Below, piece after piece: positions 38,696 to 47,399 of a DNA stretch of 64,000 bases. The translations under genes were made by a program, and so were the position numbers. Below the pieces are notes generated by a model. The model did not search any database. It saw nothing but the letters and a program-made list of their open reading frames with translations, and had not been told where the DNA came from. The stretch comes from Minisyncoccota bacterium. GTDB lineage: Bacteria > Patescibacteriota > Minisyncoccia > UBA6257 > XYB1-36-10. Every line of letters starts with the position of its first letter. The stretch's first letter is position 1. The stretch lies in assembly GCA_041651415.1 (NCBI GenBank), contig JBAZJH010000003.1:15309-79308 (forward strand), given 5' to 3'.

Positions 38696-38773
38696 GCGTT
38701 CTACTCCGATCTCTTCCGATAAATCGGAATCATCGGAGTCCGACTTAGGGTCGGACCACTGAACTACACACCC
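38696..38773 (-). repeat. direct repeat of tRNA-Ile 5' half (acceptor + D-arm) with 50-nt palindromic insert
   Basis: GGGTGTGTAGTTCAGTGG[50 nt]TAGAACGC matches intact tRNA-Ile 5' 26 nt; together with downstream tRNA-Ile flanks the GIY-YIG ORF. Confidence 0.55.
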
Positions 38774-38813
38774 TTAAAAACAACTAAAATATCATAAACC
38801 AACAACCCGGGAA

Positions 38814-39041
38814 TTATTTCAAAACTTCTTCCGCGCCGTTCAAATTGAATTGAGAAGAAGTGGAAGCGGACTTGATGTTTAAATTGAAAGCCGAGTTAAA
38901 ACTGTCCACCAGAAAACTGATACTACTAACCAAATACCAAAGAACAATGATTAACATTAAAACGCCAAGAAGGAGGAAAGTCAATTCTCGTTTGTCTTTA
39001 AAAATAGCGAGGAGATTATTTTTTAATTCTTCTTTATTCAT
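38814..39041 (-). CDS. small single-TM protein, hypothetical
   Basis: 75 aa with TM FLLLGVLMLIIVLWYLV. Confidence 0.3.
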   Translation of the reverse strand: MNKEELKNNLLAIFKDKRELTFLLLGVLMLIIVLWYLVSSISFLVDSFNSAFNLNIKSASTSSQFNLNGAEEVLK

Positions 39042-39043
39042 AA

Positions 39044-39595
39044 TTATTCAAGACGATAAATGATTTTGCCGCGAGCAAAAAGGCGAAGCTTGTCTTTTTC
39101 TCCCAAGATTGTATTGACGTCAAAATTATCAAACTGAACGAGAAAACGGCTCTTCTCCACCTTTTTCAGAAATCTGATAATGTTTGTGAAAGAGCCGTCA
39201 ACGGAAACAGAAACGCCAGCTTTGCCAAGAAGCCCATTTTTTTCTTCAGTTTCTCCGGTAAAAGAAGAAGAAACTTCAACATTGGTGTCTTTGGCAATGG
39301 AAGCAAAATCTTCTTGAAGCTTCAGGAGGTCGTCTTTAGAAGCAAGTTTTTCTTTAAGCTTAATTTCAAGAGGAGCGGCTTTTTCGGATTCTTTTTTCAG
39401 AAGAAAATGATTCTCTAGAATGTTGGCTTTACCTTGAATTTCTTGATTAACTCTTTTTATTTTTTCAATGGTTGCGGTAATGCTTTCCTTAATGTAGCTA
39501 TTTAAAAAAAGCATAATAAAAATACCGAGAAGAGAAAGAGCGGCTCCCAAGCCGAAAAGAAGCTTAAAGTTTTTTAAGATTTTTTTGAAATCCAT
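39044..39595 (-). CDS. bitopic membrane protein with coiled coil (PilN/PilO-like topology), hypothetical
   Basis: N-terminal TM then coiled-coil then beta region; topology resembles pilus alignment proteins but no motif evidence. Confidence 0.35.
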   Translation of the reverse strand: MDFKKILKNFKLLFGLGAALSLLGIFIMLFLNSYIKESITATIEKIKRVNQEIQGKANILENHFLLKKESEKAAPLEIKLKEKLASKDDLLKLQEDFASIAKDTNVEVSSSFTGETEEKNGLLGKAGVSVSVDGSFTNIIRFLKKVEKSRFLVQFDNFDVNTILGEKDKLRLFARGKIIYRLE

Positions 39596-39659
39596 AGTCT
39601 CCCGTTTATTTTAACATTTTGAGAAAAAAGAAAAAACAGCTTGTGGTACAATTTCAAGA

Positions 39660-40691
39660 ATGGAGGAAGCGGCATTTTACAACGCAATCAATATCGTCTT
39701 AGACGGACAATACAAAAAAATCGCCAGACTGAAAGAAAAATACGGAAGCTTTGAAAAAGCGTATTTTTCAGGAGAAGGAGAAATAGAAAAAGCGGAAGTG
39801 GAAAAAGAGTGGGAGAAATTAAAGGCAGCGGGAATAAAATTGATTTTAGCGGAGGCGGAAGAATATCCGAAAGCCTTGAAAGAAATTCCCTGGCCGCCGA
39901 TGGGAATTTATTTTAAAGGAAAGCTGCCGGAAAAAAATGAAAGGATAATAGCGATGGTCGGGACAAGAAAAGCGACTTTCGAGGGAAAAAGATTCGCCAA
40001 GGAAACGGCGGAGAAGCTGGCAAAAATCGGAATCGGAATAATCAGCGGGCTGGCTTTCGGCATAGACACGGAAAGCCACGAAGGAACCTTGAGAAGCGGA
40101 GGAAAAACTTACGCGGTTTTAGCCAACGGACTTTCTTCAATATATCCGAAGCAAAATGAAAATTTGGCAAAGAAAATTTTGGAAGCGGGGGGCGGATTAA
40201 TTTCAGAGTATCCGATGGACGCCACGCCCTATAAAGACAGATTCATTGAAAGAAACCGAATCGTGAGCGGAATAGCAGAAGGAGTTTTGATTATAGAAGC
40301 GCCGGAGAGGTCAGGGTCGCTTGCAACGGCAAGATTCGCCATTGAACAGAATAAAGACGTTTATGTGGCGCCGGGGCCGTTTTATCATGCCAATTACAAA
40401 GGTTCGGCAAAACTTCTTCGGGAAGGAGCAAGAATAGTGACGACAGCCGAAGATTTGTTGGAAGACCTCGGAATAACAGAAGAGGAGGAAAAAGAAGAAG
40501 CGGCGGAAAAAAATATATTTTCAGAAAAACAAAGAACGATTTTTGAAGCTTTAAAAATGGAAGCCCGGCCGTGTTCAATTGACAAAATAATTCAAATAAG
40601 TAAGATTAACCCCCAAGAGTTAAACCAGGAATTAGCGGAAATGACGCTTATCGGTATAATAAAGGAAGAAGGCGGACTTTACCGCTTATAA
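39660..40691 (+). CDS. dprA: DNA processing protein DprA (Smf)
   Basis: Rossmann-like DprA core (GTRKATFEGKRFA...ISGLAFGIDTESH), C-terminal WH domain; TGGTACAAT extended -10 ends 11 nt before ATG (near-leaderless). Confidence 0.85.
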   Translation: MEEAAFYNAINIVLDGQYKKIARLKEKYGSFEKAYFSGEGEIEKAEVEKEWEKLKAAGIKLILAEAEEYPKALKEIPWPPMGIYFKGKLPEKNERIIAMVGTRKATFEGKRFAKETAEKLAKIGIGIISGLAFGIDTESHEGTLRSGGKTYAVLANGLSSIYPKQNENLAKKILEAGGGLISEYPMDATPYKDRFIERNRIVSGIAEGVLIIEAPERSGSLATARFAIEQNKDVYVAPGPFYHANYKGSAKLLREGARIVTTAEDLLEDLGITEEEEKEEAAEKNIFSEKQRTIFEALKMEARPCSIDKIIQISKINPQELNQELAEMTLIGIIKEEGGLYRL

Positions 40692-40703
40692 AAAACAAAC
40701 CAG

Positions 40704-42740
40704 ATGGCCAAATTAGTAATTGTGGAATCGCCGACCAAGGCAAACACTATCGGAAAATTTTTAGGAAAAGATTATATTGTGGATTCTTCTTTCGGGCATG
40801 TTCGGGATTTGCCGAAAAGCAAACTCGGCATAGACACAGAAAAAAATTTCGAGCCACAATACGTGATTCCAACCAAGGCGCGCAAGCAAGTAAATAAACT
40901 AAAGAAAGAGGCGGCAAAAGCGGAAGAAGTGATTCTCGCGACTGACGAGGACCGCGAGGGAGAAGCAATCGCCTATCATTTGGTGGAAGTTTTAGATTTA
41001 CAAAAAAAAGAAAGCGAAGGAAAAGTGAAAAGAATCGCATTTCACGAGATAACGGAAGAAGCGATAGCGGAAGCTTTGGAAAATCCGAGAGAAATAAATT
41101 ATCACTTGGTAAACGCGCAACAGGCGAGAAGGATTTTAGACCGACTGGTCGGATATAAGCTCTCCCCTTTCTTATGGAAAAAAGTGATGAGAGGGCTTTC
41201 CGCCGGCAGAGTGCAATCGGTGGCGGTGAGACTAATCGCCGAGAGAGAAAAAGAAATAAGAGGATTCAAACCGGAAGAATATTATACCATCTCCGGGCTT
41301 TTCACTTTTTCCGGACGAGAACCGGTTCTTTTCAATCTTTATAAAATAGAAGGAGAAGCGATTGAAAAGCCGGGCATAAAAGGAAAAGAAAAAGCGGAGG
41401 AAATCATAGCGGATTTAAAAGAAGCCAAACATAAAGTTCTTAAGATAACAAAGAAGGAGGTGAAGAGAAATCCCCTGCCGCCGTTTATCACAAGCACGCT
41501 GCAGCAGGAAGGCGCGAGACGATTGGGATTTTCTTCCAAAAAAACCATGATGCTGGCGCAAAGACTTTACGAAAACGGACTCATCACTTATATGAGAACC
41601 GATTCGGTGAATATTTCCAAAGAAGCGCTCGCGGCAGCGGAAAAATTAATAAAAGAAAAATACGGAGAAAAATACAGCTTGTCAAAACCGAGAAGATTCA
41701 CGGGGAAATCAAAATTGGCGCAAGAAGCGCACGAAGTGATAAGGCCGGCAAAGCCGAAGATATTGCCGGAAGATTTAAGCGCGGAAAAAGACGAAAAAAG
41801 ACTTTATGATTTAATCTGGAAGAGATTTATTTCCAGCCAAATGCCGCAAGCCGTGATGTCGGCGACCGCAATAGAAATGGCATCAGAAAATGGGAAGAAA
41901 AAATACGCTTTCAGAGCGAACGGAAACATAATGATTTTTGACGGATTTTTGAAAGTCTGGCCGGCCAGCGTGAAAGAAGAAATTTTGCCGGAAATAAAAG
42001 AAAAAGAATCGCCGGAAAAAGCGGAAATAAAAGAAGAACAGCACTTTACCGAACCGCCGGCGAGATTCAACGAAGCAAGCTTAATAAAAACCATGGAAGA
42101 AAACGGCATTGGCCGGCCATCCACTTACGCTTCCATAATCTCCGTGATTCAAACAAGAAATTACGTGAAAAAGAACGAGCAGAAAAGGTTTGAGCCGACG
42201 GAAATCGGAGAGAAAGTGAATGACCTTTTAATGGAGCATTTCCCAAAAATAGTCGATATCGGATTTACAGCCGACATCGAAGAAGAGTTAGACGAAGTGG
42301 CTTTAGGAGTTTCCAAATGGCAGGAAATTATCAGAGAATTTTATGAGCCGTTTAATAAAAGATTGGAAGAAAAATACAAGGAAGTAGAAAAGAAAGACAT
42401 TATGCCGGAAGAAAAAACGGATGAGAAATGCGAAAAATGCGGGAAAGCGATGGTAATAAAAATGGGAAGATTCGGAAAGTTTATGGCTTGTTCCGGATTT
42501 CCGGAATGCAAGAACACCAAAAAAGTGGAAGGAGGCGGAGCGATTGTTGGAAGATTCGAGCCGCAAAAAACAGGACTTCCCTGCCCCGACTGCAAAGTGG
42601 GAGAAATAGTTTCAAGGAGAGTTTCTAAAGGAAGAGCGCGCGGGAAGATTTTCTGGGGATGTTCAAGGTATCCGGAGTGTAAATACGCCAGTTGGGAAAA
42701 TCCGGCGAAAAAAGATAAAGAAAATTCCGACGCTCAATAA
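40704..42740 (+). CDS. topA: DNA topoisomerase I
   Basis: TOPRIM N-terminus (VIVESPTKANTIGKFLG), catalytic Tyr region, two C-terminal C4 zinc ribbons. Confidence 0.9.
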   Translation: MAKLVIVESPTKANTIGKFLGKDYIVDSSFGHVRDLPKSKLGIDTEKNFEPQYVIPTKARKQVNKLKKEAAKAEEVILATDEDREGEAIAYHLVEVLDLQKKESEGKVKRIAFHEITEEAIAEALENPREINYHLVNAQQARRILDRLVGYKLSPFLWKKVMRGLSAGRVQSVAVRLIAEREKEIRGFKPEEYYTISGLFTFSGREPVLFNLYKIEGEAIEKPGIKGKEKAEEIIADLKEAKHKVLKITKKEVKRNPLPPFITSTLQQEGARRLGFSSKKTMMLAQRLYENGLITYMRTDSVNISKEALAAAEKLIKEKYGEKYSLSKPRRFTGKSKLAQEAHEVIRPAKPKILPEDLSAEKDEKRLYDLIWKRFISSQMPQAVMSATAIEMASENGKKKYAFRANGNIMIFDGFLKVWPASVKEEILPEIKEKESPEKAEIKEEQHFTEPPARFNEASLIKTMEENGIGRPSTYASIISVIQTRNYVKKNEQKRFEPTEIGEKVNDLLMEHFPKIVDIGFTADIEEELDEVALGVSKWQEIIREFYEPFNKRLEEKYKEVEKKDIMPEEKTDEKCEKCGKAMVIKMGRFGKFMACSGFPECKNTKKVEGGGAIVGRFEPQKTGLPCPDCKVGEIVSRRVSKGRARGKIFWGCSRYPECKYASWENPAKKDKENSDAQ

Positions 42741-42806
42741 AACTCCATGGCCTTACGGCCGTAGAATCTTAAAGTTTCACCCTGTCTGTGGCGGGGTTTT
42801 ATTAAA
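42741..42806 (+). repeat. conserved two-hairpin 3' element, copy A (after topA)
   Basis: CTCCATGGCCTTACGGCCGTAGAATCTTAAAGTTTCACCCTGTCTGTGGCGGGGTTTTATT; second hairpin plus U-tract resembles intrinsic terminator. Confidence 0.45.
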
Positions 42807-42850
42807 CCTTCATTTTTGCCATTTTATGAAAAACTGATAGATTAAAGGAA

Positions 42851-44296
42851 ATGATAAAGGAGCTTATAAAAGAAAAACCGGATGGAATAATAGCGAAAGC
42901 TTACGCTTTTGCCGAGAAAAAACATAACGGACAAAAAAGAAAAACAGGAGAGCCGTATTTTAACCATCCTATAGCAACCGCCACGCAATTATTTAAATGG
43001 GGACTAGACGAGGAAACAATAGCGGCAGGATTATTGCACGATGTTTTGGAAGACACAAAAACAACAATAGAAGAAATGGAGAAAGAATTCGGCGAAAAGA
43101 TAACAGCGATAGTGGCGGGAGTTTCCAAAATCGGAAAAGTAAAATACCGAGGCAAGGAAGCGCAGGCGGAACTTCTCCGCAAAATGATGCTGTCTTTATC
43201 AGACGATGTCCGGACGGTTTTTGTGAAATTAGCCGACCGATTGCATAATATGAAAACTTTAGGAGCGCTGCCTCTCCAAAAACAAAAAAGAATCGCTTTA
43301 GAAACCGCAGAAATTTACGCGCCACTCGCCTATCGCCTCGGCATGAGAGAGCTTTCAGGAGAACTGGAAGATTTGGCTTTTCCTTTTATCGACCCGAGAA
43401 ATCACGAAATGATTCTGAGGCTGGTAGAAAAGCATTACGGAAGAAGAGAAAGGTATCTTTTAAAAGTTAAACCGATAATAGAGGAAGCGCTTTTGAAAGG
43501 AGGAATAAACGAACATGAGATAAGTTTTCGGGCGAAAAAATATTACAGCCTTTTCAAAAAGCTGAAGAAATACGATATGGAGATAGAAAATATTTACGAC
43601 TTGGTGGCTTTTCGAATAATCGCGCCGACTCTCGAAAAATGCTACACAACTCTTGGGATAATTCATTCTCTGTGGCCGCCAGTGCCAGGAAGAATAAAAG
43701 ATTATATCGCCAATCCAAAACCGAACGGATATAGGAGTTTGCACACTACGGTTTTTTGCTTGGACGGAAAAATAACAGAGTTTCAGATAAGGACAAAAGA
43801 AATGCACGAGGAAGCGGAAAACGGAATAGCCGCCCACTGGATTTATAAAAGAGCCGGAGAATTCAACAAAATAAAATATAAGAATTTAAGCCAGCTTTCC
43901 AAAGAAACGGAATGGTTAAAAAAAACAAAAAAGCAAAAAACGGATTTTAAAAGCGCGGAAGTATTCATCAACGCGCTGAAAGTTGATTTCTTTAAAGACA
44001 GAATCTACGCCATCACACCGAAGGGAGAAGTGATTGACCTGCCAGCCAAAGCGACGCCGGTTGATTTCGCTTATAAAGTGCACAGTTTACTCGGGCACGA
44101 AACTGTCGGAGCAAGAATAAACGGCAAGATAGCGCCTTTAAGTTTTAAGCTTAATTCCGGAGACATAGTGGAAATTTTAAGACAAAGAGGAAAAAAGCCA
44201 TCAAAAGATTGGCTGGGATTTGTGGCGACAGAAAGCGCCAAAGACCATATAAAAAATTACTTGAATAAGAAAGAAAAAAGATTAAAAGAAAATTAG
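42851..44296 (+). CDS. rel: bifunctional (p)ppGpp synthetase/hydrolase, short RelA/SpoT homolog (HD + synthetase + TGS, no ACT)
   Basis: HD motif HDVLED, synthetase domain, TGS region (ITPKGEVIDLP...). Confidence 0.85.
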   Translation: MIKELIKEKPDGIIAKAYAFAEKKHNGQKRKTGEPYFNHPIATATQLFKWGLDEETIAAGLLHDVLEDTKTTIEEMEKEFGEKITAIVAGVSKIGKVKYRGKEAQAELLRKMMLSLSDDVRTVFVKLADRLHNMKTLGALPLQKQKRIALETAEIYAPLAYRLGMRELSGELEDLAFPFIDPRNHEMILRLVEKHYGRRERYLLKVKPIIEEALLKGGINEHEISFRAKKYYSLFKKLKKYDMEIENIYDLVAFRIIAPTLEKCYTTLGIIHSLWPPVPGRIKDYIANPKPNGYRSLHTTVFCLDGKITEFQIRTKEMHEEAENGIAAHWIYKRAGEFNKIKYKNLSQLSKETEWLKKTKKQKTDFKSAEVFINALKVDFFKDRIYAITPKGEVIDLPAKATPVDFAYKVHSLLGHETVGARINGKIAPLSFKLNSGDIVEILRQRGKKPSKDWLGFVATESAKDHIKNYLNKKEKRLKEN

Positions 44297-45378
44297 AGAC
44301 TTTCCCCGTCTTTAGAAACACGATTAATGATGCTTTTCAGTTCTTCGGCAGAACTGAAGGAGATGGTGATTTTTCCGGTTTCGCCGTTTTTATCAACTTT
44401 TACTTTAGTGCCGAGAAGCTCGGAAAGAGTTTCTTCCAGATATTTTATTTCCGGGTCGATACTAGCGAAGCGGTTAATGGCGTTTAGGCGAGTGTTGGTG
44501 GAAACAATGCGATTTTTTAGTTCACGGACGCTAAGATTGTTTTTAAGCAAATCTTCAAAAATCTTCTGTTGGTTATCAAGGTTGGAAACAGAAAGAAGAA
44601 GGCGGGCCTGACTCTCCCCTATTTTTCCTTCTTCGACAGCCTGCTGAATATAAGAAGGAAGGGAAAGAAGACGCATAGAGTTAGCGACCACTTCGCGGCT
44701 TTTGCCGAGGCGAGAAGCGATTTCACGCTGAGTCATGCCGTATTCGTCTTGAAGCTTGGCGAAGGCGCGGGCCGATTCAATCGGATTCAAATCTTCGCGC
44801 TGGAGGTTTTCAATAATAGCCAGTTCCAGTTTTTCTTTTTTAGGAGTGGAGTTTTTAACGATAACCGGCACGCGTTCCAGACCGGCCAGTTTAGAAGCCA
44901 TCAAGCGGCGTTCGCCGGCGATAAGCTCGTATTCCACTTCGGCGCCAGTCGGCGTGTCTTTGATATTTTTTGTGACGACTAAAGGCTGAAGAACGCCGAA
45001 TTCACGAATGGAAGAAGCAAGTTCTTTTAAGGCCTCTTCGTCAAAAAAGCGGCGGGGCTGATAAGGATTAGGTTTGATTTTTTCAACTTCGATATGAAAA
45101 ATATGACCGACAGCTTCCGGTTCTTTTCCTTCCCGAGAAAAATCAGCGGCGGGAGCGGAAGAGAGAATTTCTTTAGGTTCCGCAACAGACAGATTTCCGA
45201 GCGGCGCGGGAGAGGCCGGCAAAGAAACCGGTTCAGCTGGAAGAAAGGTCGGCGTTTCTTTTTTCGGTTCTTCAAAATTGGCGTTCGGATTATCGCCTAA
45301 AGAAAAATTCACGGGAGAATTATTTTCTTCTTTTTTGCTGTTGTCGGGTATCAAAGACCCAAGTCCAAGTCCTTGCAT
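44293..45378 (-). CDS. parB: chromosome partitioning protein ParB/Spo0J with about 110-aa low-complexity N-terminal extension
   Basis: ParB box GERRLMASKLAG, HTH; Pro/Ala/Glu-rich N-terminus. Confidence 0.85.
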   Translation of the reverse strand: MQGLGLGSLIPDNSKKEENNSPVNFSLGDNPNANFEEPKKETPTFLPAEPVSLPASPAPLGNLSVAEPKEILSSAPAADFSREGKEPEAVGHIFHIEVEKIKPNPYQPRRFFDEEALKELASSIREFGVLQPLVVTKNIKDTPTGAEVEYELIAGERRLMASKLAGLERVPVIVKNSTPKKEKLELAIIENLQREDLNPIESARAFAKLQDEYGMTQREIASRLGKSREVVANSMRLLSLPSYIQQAVEEGKIGESQARLLLSVSNLDNQQKIFEDLLKNNLSVRELKNRIVSTNTRLNAINRFASIDPEIKYLEETLSELLGTKVKVDKNGETGKITISFSSAEELKSIINRVSKDGESL

Positions 45379-45380
45379 AA

Positions 45381-46193
45381 TTAAAATTTGATATTAAAAT
45401 TTCCAAAATCTTTTTGAATGTCGGGGAGAGCGCGTTCCTGGTCGATGACTTCTTTCGCAAGGCGCTTATAAGCAAGAGCGCCGGGAGAGTCGGGGTGATA
45501 GAGAATAACGGGTTTGCCAAAACTCGGAGCTTCCGCAAGAGAGACGGAACGGGGAATTTCCGTTTCAAAAACATGATGGCGGAAATGACGGCGAATTTCT
45601 TTAGCGACCTCGCGTGCCAAGCGTTCTCTTTTATCAAACATAGTAATGAGAGCGCCGGAAATTTTTATGGGGTGACTCATATTATTTTGGATAAGGTAAA
45701 TAGTTTCAAGAAGCTGGCTCAAACCTTCCAAACTGTAATATTCGGCTTGAACGGGTATAAGAACTTCGTCGGAAGCCACCATGCCGTTTACCGTTAATAA
45801 ACTCAAGCTCGGAGGAAGGTCAACTAAAATATAATCGTAGCGATGGCGGAAATTGTTAAGAAATTTTCTTAAATAGTATTCCCTTTCCGGAACATTAACG
45901 AGTTCAACCAAAGCTCCGGCCAAATGATTGTTGGCGGGAATGTAGTGAAGATTGATAACGGGAGAGCCGCGAAGAATTTTTTCCGGAGAAACGAGGCCGG
46001 CAATACCGTGATAAATGCTTTCTTCGCTTAAGTTGTGGCGATGGCCCAAACCGGAAGAAGCATTGCCTTGCGGGTCAAAATCAACAAGCAAAACTCTCCG
46101 GCCAAGCGCGGCAAGATACGCTCCTAAATTGACGGAAGTGGTAGTTTTTCCCGTTCCCCCTTTTTGATTTATAACAGAGATGACGCGAGCCAT
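45381..46193 (-). CDS. parA: chromosome partitioning ATPase ParA/Soj
   Basis: Deviant Walker A KGGTGKTT. Confidence 0.9.
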   Translation of the reverse strand: MARVISVINQKGGTGKTTTSVNLGAYLAALGRRVLLVDFDPQGNASSGLGHRHNLSEESIYHGIAGLVSPEKILRGSPVINLHYIPANNHLAGALVELVNVPEREYYLRKFLNNFRHRYDYILVDLPPSLSLLTVNGMVASDEVLIPVQAEYYSLEGLSQLLETIYLIQNNMSHPIKISGALITMFDKRERLAREVAKEIRRHFRHHVFETEIPRSVSLAEAPSFGKPVILYHPDSPGALAYKRLAKEVIDQERALPDIQKDFGNFNIKF

Positions 46194-46307
46194 AGATGTA
46201 AAAATATCAAATCACAAAAAACAAATTACAAATAAAGACGGATTTTGATTTTTTCGGATTTATTATCTATTATATCAAGAGCTAAGCTTTAAATAAAGAA
46301 GGAAGCC

Positions 46308-46375
46308 CGAGTGGCGGAACCCCGACCTTAAAAAGTCGGGGCGAGATTGCTAAAGTCATAGCAATAGACATAAAG
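46308..46375 (+). other. degenerate tRNA-Leu-like fragment (acceptor/D 5' part plus TAA anticodon stem-loop, no T-arm)
   Basis: GCCCGAGTGGCGGAAC identical to 5' 16 nt of adjacent tRNA-Leu; CCCCGACCTTAAAAAGTCGGGG anticodon-like hairpin; no GTTCGA T-loop. Confidence 0.3.
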
Positions 46376-46403
46376 CAAAGCAATTTAAAAATTTCAAAAA
46401 TAT

Positions 46404-46485
46404 GCCCGAGTGGCGGAACTGGTATACGCGCACGACTCAAAATCGTGTCTCGTAAGAGGTGTGGGTTCGACTCCCACCTCGGGCA
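46404..46485 (+). tRNA. tRNA-Leu(CAA)
   Basis: GCCCGAGTGGCGGAACTGGTATACGCGCACGACTCAAAATCGTGTCTCGTAAGAGGTGTGGGTTCGACTCCCACCTCGGGCA; long variable arm, anticodon CAA. Confidence 0.85.
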
Positions 46486-46522
46486 CCGAAATTAGTTTAT
46501 TAGTTTAAAAGTTAAATATTCA

Positions 46523-47071
46523 ATGGAAAAAGAAATTTTTAAACAAATAAAGAAGAAATATGGAAATTATGCAAGTTTTGCAATTTGGGGAAAAGATTTA
46601 AATAATGTAAATATTATTGAGAAAAATGTAGAGATTCTTCACGGAAAGATTGTTTTTGTTGGTCTTAACATTTCAAAGTCAATAAATAAATTCCAAAATT
46701 TTCATTTTAAACATAAAGGTGGAAGGGATAACTGGTTAAAGGAATTATTAAATGATTCCTTTATTTTTAAAGGAGCTTATATGACAGATATAATAAAAAA
46801 CAATATTTCTTCTAGACAAAATAAATTAAAGATGAGTGATAAAGAGAAAGAGAAAAATCTTGAATTATTTGAAAAAGAATTAATAGCTTTAAATACAAAA
46901 CCGGAATTGATTGCTTTCGGAAATAAAACTTATAAATTATTAGATAAAATTCCTGAAAAATTATACAAGGATAGATATAAAGTTTCTCACTATGCCAGTT
47001 GGATAAAGAAAAATGATTTTTTTAGAGAAGTAAAAAAGGTGGAAAATAAAATTTTAAGTAAAAATAAATAG
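46523..47071 (+). CDS. hypothetical protein, possible uracil-DNA glycosylase-superfamily fold (tentative)
   Basis: Markedly AT-rich versus neighbours; motif order VFVGLNIS / AYMTDIIKN / LIAFGNKTYKLL / SHYASWIK parallels UDG motifs (GEAPG / Y.TN.VKC / .ALG..A / HPSP). Confidence 0.4.
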   Translation: MEKEIFKQIKKKYGNYASFAIWGKDLNNVNIIEKNVEILHGKIVFVGLNISKSINKFQNFHFKHKGGRDNWLKELLNDSFIFKGAYMTDIIKNNISSRQNKLKMSDKEKEKNLELFEKELIALNTKPELIAFGNKTYKLLDKIPEKLYKDRYKVSHYASWIKKNDFFREVKKVENKILSKNK

Positions 47072-47399
47072 TTGACAAAAATTGAGAAAAGAATAGAATT
47101 AAAAAATTAACCTTTTGGTTAAAAGAAAGAACTTTTAAAAGCGTTAGGAGAGTATTATGGGAAGTTTGTTTTCTTCAAATGGGAATGGTTTTGCTCCGGG
47201 AAAAGCAGGTGTTTGTTCAGGTTGTGTAAGAAAAGATGAACGAAAAAGGTGCAAAGCCGGAGTAACAAGTTTACCGATTATCGGAGGAAAGTGTTTCTGC
47301 GGACGGAAACAAATAGCGGCTAATAGGATTTTACCGCCTCAAAAAGAGGGAAAATTTCTTCAACAAAAAAATATTTAGCACAAAATAAAATACCCTCGC

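Noticed and set aside
38696-38773. tRNA-Ile gene containing an intron that encodes the GIY-YIG ORF
   Set aside because: The downstream tRNA-Ile copy is complete including its own 5' half, so the arrangement is a duplication flanking the ORF rather than exon-intron-exon
46308-46375. Second functional tRNA-Leu(TAA)
   Set aside because: Has acceptor 5' strand and an anticodon-like hairpin but no D-stem closure, no T-arm/GTTCGA and no 3' acceptor strand; treated as fragment or pseudo-tRNA
47157-47378. 73-aa Cys-rich plus-strand ORF with TAGGAGAG SD and TTGACA-16-TAGAAT upstream
   Set aside because: Plausible small gene but no recognisable fold or motif beyond scattered Cys; left uncalled as a feature
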